The notes beneath the pieces were generated by a model. That model worked only from the letters and a program-made list of their open reading frames with translations, did no database searches and had not been told where the DNA came from. Positions 26,427 through 32,000 of a stretch of 32,000 nt of DNA are shown here, piece after piece (position 1 is the first letter of the stretch; each line of letters begins with the position of its first letter). A program made the translations under genes and the position numbers. This stretch comes from Candidatus Saccharimonadota bacterium. GTDB lineage: Bacteria > Bacteroidota > Bacteroidia > Cytophagales > Amoebophilaceae. The stretch covers positions 120,001 to 152,000 of the forward strand of contig NZ_OW441264.1 of NCBI RefSeq assembly GCF_936981045.1, given 5' to 3'.

Positions 26427-28127
26427 ATGGCTCATCCAAAAAGATATACGGTTACCGCTGCACTTCCCTATGCAAATGGGCCCGTCCACTTAGGTCATGT
26501 AGCAGGGGCCTATCTTCCTGCTGATATTTACGTTCGTTATTTAAGGCAAAAACAAGCTACTGTAGTGTTTATTAGTGGTTCTGATGAACATGGGGTGCCT
26601 GTGGTAATTCGTGCCCAACAAGAAGGTTCTACGCCTCAAAAAGTAGTGGATCAATACCATACACTTATTAAAGAATCACTAGATGGATTGGGTATTAGCT
26701 TTGATATCTTTGCAAGAACGTCCTCACCTACTCATTATGAGACCGCAACGGAATTTTTTAAGGAATTGCACCAAAAGGACATATTTGAGGTGTATGCAAC
26801 AGAGCAATATTATGACCCTGTTTGTGAGCAATTTCTATCTGATCGCTACATCAAGGGCAGCTGTCCGAACCCGAACTGTAATCATCCCGATGCCTATGGA
26901 GATCAATGTGAAGCGTGTGGCAGCACACTAAGTCCAGAAGAATTGATTGATCCAATTTCTGTTATTAGCGGCGCAAAACCTATTTTAAGATCCACTAAAC
27001 ATTGGTATCTACCACTAGATAAGTATGAAGGCTGGCTTAAAAAGTGGATTTTAGAAGAACATAAAGATTTTAAAACCAATGTATATGGTCAATGTAAAAG
27101 CTGGCTAGACCAAGGTTTGCGTCCACGTGCTGTAACCCGTGATTTAGCTTGGGGCATTCCTGTTCCACTGCCTGAAGGAAGCGGAAAGGTCCTCTATGTC
27201 TGGTTCGATGCACCGATTGGGTATATTAGCGCAACCAAAGAGTGGGCAAAAGCACAACAAATCGATTGGAAACCTTTTTGGAAAGATCCAGCTACCAAGC
27301 TTGTCCATTTCCTTGGCAAAGACAATATTGTATTCCATTGTATTATTTTTCCTGTTATGCTTAAAGCACATGGAAAGTTTATTTTGCCTCAGCAGGTTCC
27401 AGCCAATGAATTTTTAAATTTAGAGGGAAAGAAGATTTCTACATCCCGCAACCATGCGGTTTGGTTGCATGATTATTTAGCAGATTTTCCAGATAAAGCA
27501 GATGTATTGCGTTATGTACTCTGTACCATTGCGCCAGAAAATAAAGACAGCGATTTTACTTGGCAAGATTTCCAGGATAAAAATAATTATGAACTGGTAG
27601 CTAACCTTGGCAATTTGGTCCATAGAACCCTAAGTTTGGTGCATCAATATTTTCGTGGATTGGTTCCACCCAATATGGCGCCTAATGAAGCGGATCAATC
27701 CTTACTGACTACATTAATGGCTTCTTTTACAGAAGTAGGTAATGCTATAGAACAGTTTAAATTTAAAGAAGCACTCCAATTATGTATGGGCTACGCTACA
27801 TTGGGCAATAAATACCTAACCGATAGGCGACCATGGCATTTGGTAAAAAGCAACCTAGAAGAGGCTGGCACTGTATTGCATGTCACATTGCAACTCATAG
27901 CTACTGTAACCCTGTTGATCAAACCTTTTTTGCCTACAACAAGTGAGAAAATGGCGCATATGTTGGGGTTAAAAGAAACAGGCTGGGGGAACTTACATGT
28001 GACCAAGCTCGTACAATCAGGGGATCCATTAGCACTTCCTATATTATTATTTGAGAAAATTGAAGATGATGTCATTGAAGTACAAAGGAAAAAGTTACAA
28101 AGCCTATCTACTGAAACAGTAGTGTAA
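26427..28127 (+). CDS. metG: Methionine--tRNA ligase (short form without a C-terminal tRNA-binding domain)
   Basis: PVHLGH (HIGH), KISTS (KMSKS), zinc knuckle CPNPNCNHPDAYGDQCEACG, 566 aa. Confidence 0.92.
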   Translation: MAHPKRYTVTAALPYANGPVHLGHVAGAYLPADIYVRYLRQKQATVVFISGSDEHGVPVVIRAQQEGSTPQKVVDQYHTLIKESLDGLGISFDIFARTSSPTHYETATEFFKELHQKDIFEVYATEQYYDPVCEQFLSDRYIKGSCPNPNCNHPDAYGDQCEACGSTLSPEELIDPISVISGAKPILRSTKHWYLPLDKYEGWLKKWILEEHKDFKTNVYGQCKSWLDQGLRPRAVTRDLAWGIPVPLPEGSGKVLYVWFDAPIGYISATKEWAKAQQIDWKPFWKDPATKLVHFLGKDNIVFHCIIFPVMLKAHGKFILPQQVPANEFLNLEGKKISTSRNHAVWLHDYLADFPDKADVLRYVLCTIAPENKDSDFTWQDFQDKNNYELVANLGNLVHRTLSLVHQYFRGLVPPNMAPNEADQSLLTTLMASFTEVGNAIEQFKFKEALQLCMGYATLGNKYLTDRRPWHLVKSNLEEAGTVLHVTLQLIATVTLLIKPFLPTTSEKMAHMLGLKETGWGNLHVTKLVQSGDPLALPILLFEKIEDDVIEVQRKKLQSLSTETVV

Positions 28128-28174
28128 AGCACTTTATGGATACTTTTTTTCTTGATACGAAGGATGATATCTAC

Positions 28175-28359
28175 CACTTTTTGCTTGATCAAAAAGTGGA
28201 CAAAAAATCAAGATCAAGCGCTGATGAAAAAAGTTGTGAGTAGAAAATGTAGCTTACAGCTGATTTTCCAGCTACAAGCTACATTTTCTACTCACAACTT
28301 TTTCCAATGCGCATTTTTTCTTGTTTTAGGGTAGTATGGCTAAAAGGTTGAATGGATAC
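28175..28359 (-). repeat. R repeat, copy R4 (reverse), with a near-perfect ~35-bp stem
   Basis: Hairpin CCACTTTTTGCTTGATCAAAAAGTGG. The long inverted repeat 28227-28262 / 28269-28303 (AAAAAGTTGTGAGTAGAAAATGTAGCTT..) has 2 mismatches. It ends GGTTGAATGGATAC. Confidence 0.8.
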
Positions 28360-28405
28360 TAATTAACGTGAGTTCGGGATTTATTTGACTGATTTACAAC
28401 AATTT

Positions 28406-29681
28406 TAGGCCGTTGTGATAGATTTCTATTATAATATTTTTAGGGTTGTTTAGACTGATTTTTGGTATTAAAGTGGTATTAATTTTATTATTTATTGATT
28501 TTCATGTACTTTTATTGCATTTTAGACAGACCATTCCTCTAAAGACCTCTTAATATGATATTTGGCGACCTGTATAAGTTATAGGCTATTGCTTCGATAA
28601 CGTGTTGCGTATGAGTTTTAGCAAGTCCTATGTAGCGAGCTCCTGAGCTTCGGAACCAACTTTTAATACTTCCAAATACACGTTCTACTTTATACCTGGT
28701 TTTAGCTACCAATGTATTAAACCGTTTAGCAGTAGGTGATAAAGGATTATTTCTAGTAGCTTTCTTCTGAATAGCTGATTTTAAGGCTTTATTCTTTAAT
28801 AAGGTTTCATTAGGTGATCCGCTATAGCCCTTATCTGCATATAGCCTACTACCTACTTTTAGCTCTACTTTATCCAATAAGACTTGTAAATGAGCACTAT
28901 CATGACTAGATGCTTTTGTGGTACTGACTGCTAGGACTAAGCCTTCTTTACTTTCCACAAGGATGTGACGCTTATACCCATAGTAGAGATTATCTCCTTT
29001 TTTTGTCCAACTCGCTTCTGGATCTACACCTTTTTGATAACTTTCGGCTACAGTTATAGTGCCATCTTCATGGAGATCATAGCTTTTTTTACCTTTAGGG
29101 CGCCTAGGGGTAGGCGTAATAGAGGCATCAACAACTGCACCATGTTGAACTAATACACCATGACTAGATAGTTGATCGTTAATTATTTTCAATAACCTTT
29201 CTAGGACCTGCTTCTCCGTAAGCGCAGTCCTAAACCTGCTTAATACGCTATGATCTGGAACAGAACTATCCATGGAAATACGACAAAATCTGCTGAAAGT
29301 GATACGATCATTTACTTCTTCTTCTACTTGATAGTCACTCAGAGCATACCATGTTTGAAGCAACAGCATTTTAAATAAAAGAAGTGGGCTATAAGCTGCC
29401 TTTCCTGATAAACACAAACCTTTAGGATAATACAAGAAAAGTTCTTTTTCTATTACTTTCCAAGTAATCAGCTTATTAAGCTGATCGAAAAAAGTATGCT
29501 TACACTTACGTCGACTGGCTGAAATATCTGCAAAACTTAATTGATTATTTGTTTTGACGGCCATAACAATATTATTAAAAAGCTTAAGTTTAAACGATTA
29601 AAGAATCAACCTAATTTAACCATTGTATAACACTAAAAGTCACTTTTTATAACAAAGCTTAAAACTCTATTGCAACAACTT
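28406..29681 (-). mobile_element. IS5-family insertion sequence (~1.28 kb) nested in MITE G
   Basis: Contains a 341-aa IS5/InsH-like transposase. The MITE sequence (C)AATTT is duplicated at both junctions. The terminal repeats are imperfect (GTTGT..ATAGA.TTT), so the ends are good to about +/-5 nt. Confidence 0.8.
28539..29564 (-). CDS. IS5-family DDE transposase (InsH-like)
   Basis: N-terminal LSFADI..YSPLLLFKMLLLQTWYALSDYQVEEEVNDRITFSRF (transposase InsH N-terminal domain pattern). DDE region VVDASI .. YADKGY .. ERVFGSIK. Confidence 0.85.
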   Translation of the reverse strand: MAVKTNNQLSFADISASRRKCKHTFFDQLNKLITWKVIEKELFLYYPKGLCLSGKAAYSPLLLFKMLLLQTWYALSDYQVEEEVNDRITFSRFCRISMDSSVPDHSVLSRFRTALTEKQVLERLLKIINDQLSSHGVLVQHGAVVDASITPTPRRPKGKKSYDLHEDGTITVAESYQKGVDPEASWTKKGDNLYYGYKRHILVESKEGLVLAVSTTKASSHDSAHLQVLLDKVELKVGSRLYADKGYSGSPNETLLKNKALKSAIQKKATRNNPLSPTAKRFNTLVAKTRYKVERVFGSIKSWFRSSGARYIGLAKTHTQHVIEAIAYNLYRSPNIILRGL

Positions 29682-29955
29682 CAATTTAATATCAATTATT
29701 TAGTTAATAATTGCACCTATTTAATAAGTTTTTATATCTAATTTTATAAATATAATATATATAATAAACTGATTATCAGAATTATTTGTTATTCAACTAC
29801 CTATTTAACTGTCTATAAAACAAATTTTATAAATTTTTATTAATATTGATTATCAAATGAAAAAATAATCTAATCCCGAACTCACGTTGGTTAGTATTTT
29901 TTTATCTCCAAATTTAAAACACAAAGGAGCTTTTTAAAGCTATTTTTTAACAAGC

Positions 29956-29972
29956 TAATCCCGAACTCAGGT
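29956..29972. repeat. Solo MITE terminus
   Basis: TAATCCCGAACTCAGGT has one mismatch to the MITE end, with no MITE interior attached. It lies 5 nt before the point where ppdK homology begins. Confidence 0.7.
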
Positions 29973-29977
29973 TATAT

Positions 29978-30379
29978 AAGATTGGTGTAATGATAGAGTT
30001 GCCAAGAGCAGCCTTACAAGCGGCAACCATTTCACCATTGGTCGATTTTTTTAGAATTGGAACCAATGATTTAACCCAAACTACCCTTGGTATTTCACGT
30101 GATGATGGCGCAAAATTTTTAGACAGTTACCAACAAAAGGGCTTGCTTAAAGGAGACCCTTTTGTTACGCTTGATCAAGAAGGCGTTGGAAAATTGATTC
30201 AAATAGCGGTAGCAAGAGGTAGGTCGGCCAATCCAAATTTAAAAATAGGTATTTGTGGCGAACATGGAGGCAATCCACCTTCTATTGAATTTTTCGAGTC
30301 GATAGGTTTAGATTATATATCCTGTTCTCCATATAGAGTGCCTATTGCAAAGTTAGCTGCTGCCAAGGTAAGGAAGTGA
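29978..30379 (+). pseudogene. ppdK: Pyruvate, phosphate dikinase C-terminal remnant (~133 codons of an expected ~900)
   Basis: [13 protein letters not shown] .. [20 protein letters not shown] .. [35 protein letters not shown] matches the PEP-utilising TIM-barrel end of PPDK. No upstream domains are present. Confidence 0.8.
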
Positions 30380-30386
30380 TATTCTT

Positions 30387-31880
30387 CTATCCCTTTTTTT
30401 CTAAAAAAGCAGTTATTCTTTTATGGGTCCTATCTCTATCCAGTAAGACTATAATTTCTATAAGGTCTGGACCAGCTGTACTTCCTGTAAGGGCCATACG
30501 CAAGAGGGGCATGATGCCAGGAACTGCCTGTAACAACGGTTTAATCTTATGGGCCTTCCATTCTACTAGGGCAGTAAGACTTTGGGTAAAAGCCACCATT
30601 CCCTCTTTGGTTTGGTTGTTCCACCTTTTCTGGATCAGCTCAGCGTCATAATCAACAGGATCAAAGAAAAAAAACCTACCTTCTTGCCAGAAATCCTTTG
30701 GAAAAGTAATTCTATCCTTTACCAGGTTACAAATGGCTATTGCATCTTCCTGATTACACGTTATACTTTCTTTAGCTGCTTCTGTTATAAAGTAGCTGGC
30801 CCAAGCGGTTGGTCCTTGTTGTTTAATATGCTGTTGGTTAAACCATTTGGCTTTAGCTATATCAAATTTCACACCTGATTTGCCTAGTCGTTCCAGAGAA
30901 AAAGCCTCTATTAAAGCTGGTTTGGTAAATACTTCTTGATTAGTGCCTGGGTTCCACCCCAATAAAGCCAAAAAATTCAACAAAGCTTCTGGCAAATAGC
31001 CTGCTTCTCTAAAGGCTTTGTCAATTGTAAGGTCTCGGCTGTTCCAGGTAATAGGGAATGCCGGGAATCCATATTGATCGGCATGGCGTTTGCTTAATTT
31101 TCCGATACCATCGGGTGTCAATAGGAGCGGAAGATGGATAAATTGAGGCATCTGATCTGCCCAGCCTAAGTAACGATATAACAATATATGAATAGGAGTA
31201 GAGGGCAACCACTCTTCGCCACGGATGACATGGGTAATTTTCATGAGGTGATCATCTACAACACTAGCAAAGTGGTAGGTAGGCAAGCCATCTGATTTCA
31301 TCAACACCTTATCGTCCAATACAGAAGTATCTACTTTTACCCAGCCACGGACACCATCTTGAAAGCGTATAAGTTCTTTGTGCGTTACTTTTAATCGAAT
31401 GACATAGGGTTTACCGGCCGCTATCCATTCCTCTACCTGTTCTGCAGGCATGGTAAGCCCATTGCGCATCCATGCACGGCTTATGGCGTTGTACTGTGGG
31501 TGGGCCACTTTTGCTGCTTTAAGCCGTTCCCGCATCGCCTCGATCTCTGTTGGTGTGTCAAATGCATAATAGGCATGCCCCGCGTCCAATAAGGGTTTGA
31601 TGTATTGTTGATAAATGGCAATGCGTTCAGATTGCTTGTAAGGCACAAATGGTCCCCCTTGTTCAGGACCTTCATCTGGAACAATCCCCAGCCAACGCAA
31701 GCTTTCTAGCATGTAAGATTCCGCACTAGCTACCAAACGCTTTTGATCCGTGTCTTCAATACGCAATATAAACCGACCCTTCTCTTTTTGGGCCAAAAGA
31801 TAATTATAAAGAATGGTTCTCACGCTACCAATATGTAGTGCACCCGTTGGACTAGGGGCAAAGCGTACATGTACCGCCAT
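30387..31880 (-). CDS. gltX: Glutamate--tRNA ligase
   Basis: VRFAPSPTGALHIGSVRT (HIGH region), KLSKR (KMSKS), 497 aa. Confidence 0.92.
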   Translation of the reverse strand: MAVHVRFAPSPTGALHIGSVRTILYNYLLAQKEKGRFILRIEDTDQKRLVASAESYMLESLRWLGIVPDEGPEQGGPFVPYKQSERIAIYQQYIKPLLDAGHAYYAFDTPTEIEAMRERLKAAKVAHPQYNAISRAWMRNGLTMPAEQVEEWIAAGKPYVIRLKVTHKELIRFQDGVRGWVKVDTSVLDDKVLMKSDGLPTYHFASVVDDHLMKITHVIRGEEWLPSTPIHILLYRYLGWADQMPQFIHLPLLLTPDGIGKLSKRHADQYGFPAFPITWNSRDLTIDKAFREAGYLPEALLNFLALLGWNPGTNQEVFTKPALIEAFSLERLGKSGVKFDIAKAKWFNQQHIKQQGPTAWASYFITEAAKESITCNQEDAIAICNLVKDRITFPKDFWQEGRFFFFDPVDYDAELIQKRWNNQTKEGMVAFTQSLTALVEWKAHKIKPLLQAVPGIMPLLRMALTGSTAGPDLIEIIVLLDRDRTHKRITAFLEKKG

Positions 31881-31925
31881 ATATTAATCTAAAAAATGGT
31901 AATAAATAAGGCATTTGTATGCTAC

Positions 31926-32000
31926 TTATATCTTGGCCAAAACGGTAATGCCGCCTTTTATTTTATCGCCTACAGCTACTTGAATATCAGCATCTAGCGG
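31926..32000 (-). CDS. 3' end of an unidentified gene running out of the window
   Basis: Open frame PLDADIQVAVGDKIKGGITVLAKI* on the minus strand, 45 nt upstream of the gltX start. Too short to identify. Confidence 0.3.
   Translation of the reverse strand, partial: PLDADIQVAVGDKIKGGITVLAKI

Larger units (their letters stand above)
28366..29887 (-). mobile_element. AT-rich MITE, copy G (orientation b), split by an IS5-family insertion (MITE parts 28366-28405 and 29682-29887)
   Basis: The left 40 nt ACGTGAGTTCGGGATTTATTTGACTGATTTACAACAATTT continues at 29682 with (C)AATTTAATATCAATTATTTAG... and runs to AATCCCGAACTCACGT. Confidence 0.9.

Noticed and set aside
26683-28192. ORFs 26683-26931 (+), 27144-27371 (-), 27196-27417 (+) and 27791-28192 (-)
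   Set aside because: All are alternative-frame or antisense ORFs within metG.
28152-28334. 60-aa + strand ORF after metG
   Set aside because: It coincides with the R4 palindromic repeat, so the reading frame is a by-product of the hairpin sequence. Other R copies have no equivalent ORF.
28965-29153. 62-aa + strand ORF
   Set aside because: It is antisense within the IS5 transposase gene.
5422-29887. Could the recurring ~240-bp units be a CRISPR array or tandem satellite?
   Set aside because: The units are dispersed over 24 kb in both orientations, are far longer than CRISPR repeats and have terminal inverted repeats and target duplications. There are no regularly spaced spacers and no cas genes.
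30376-31684. ORFs 30376-30651 (+), 30582-30878 (+), 31021-31212 (-) and 31481-31684 (-)
   Set aside because: All are antisense or out of frame within gltX.

Overview
AT-rich bacterial chromosome segment carrying Bacteroidota-style housekeeping genes: tandem lspA, sufB, mtaB, valS, hemW, an MsbA-like ABC exporter, murF, a LolE-like permease, metG, gltX and tRNA-Arg/Pro/Ser. It is heavily colonised by mobile and repeated DNA. There are five near-identical 833-bp IS6-family copies plus an older fragment, one IS5-family element and an IS110-family remnant. There are also seven copies (plus solo ends) of a ~240-bp very AT-rich MITE with 16-bp terminal inverted repeats and 5-bp target duplications. 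A second ~190-220-bp family of hairpin-forming repeats ('R') sits just after gene 3' ends. Nested events are visible: IS5 inside a MITE, a MITE inside the IS110 transposase gene, IS6 inside R repeats, and IS6 inside an older IS6 that replaced the lspA tail. Together with a truncated ppdK, these indicate genome erosion typical of an IS-rich intracellular symbiont (Amoebophilus/Cardinium-like; this is inference only and was not verified). No CRISPR array, prophage, defence or biosynthetic cluster was recognised. The most interesting unexplained signal is the two non-coding repeat families and their ordered placement, with the R repeat after stop codons and the MITE immediately before gene starts. 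Repeat coordinates were derived by eye and may be off by a few bases.
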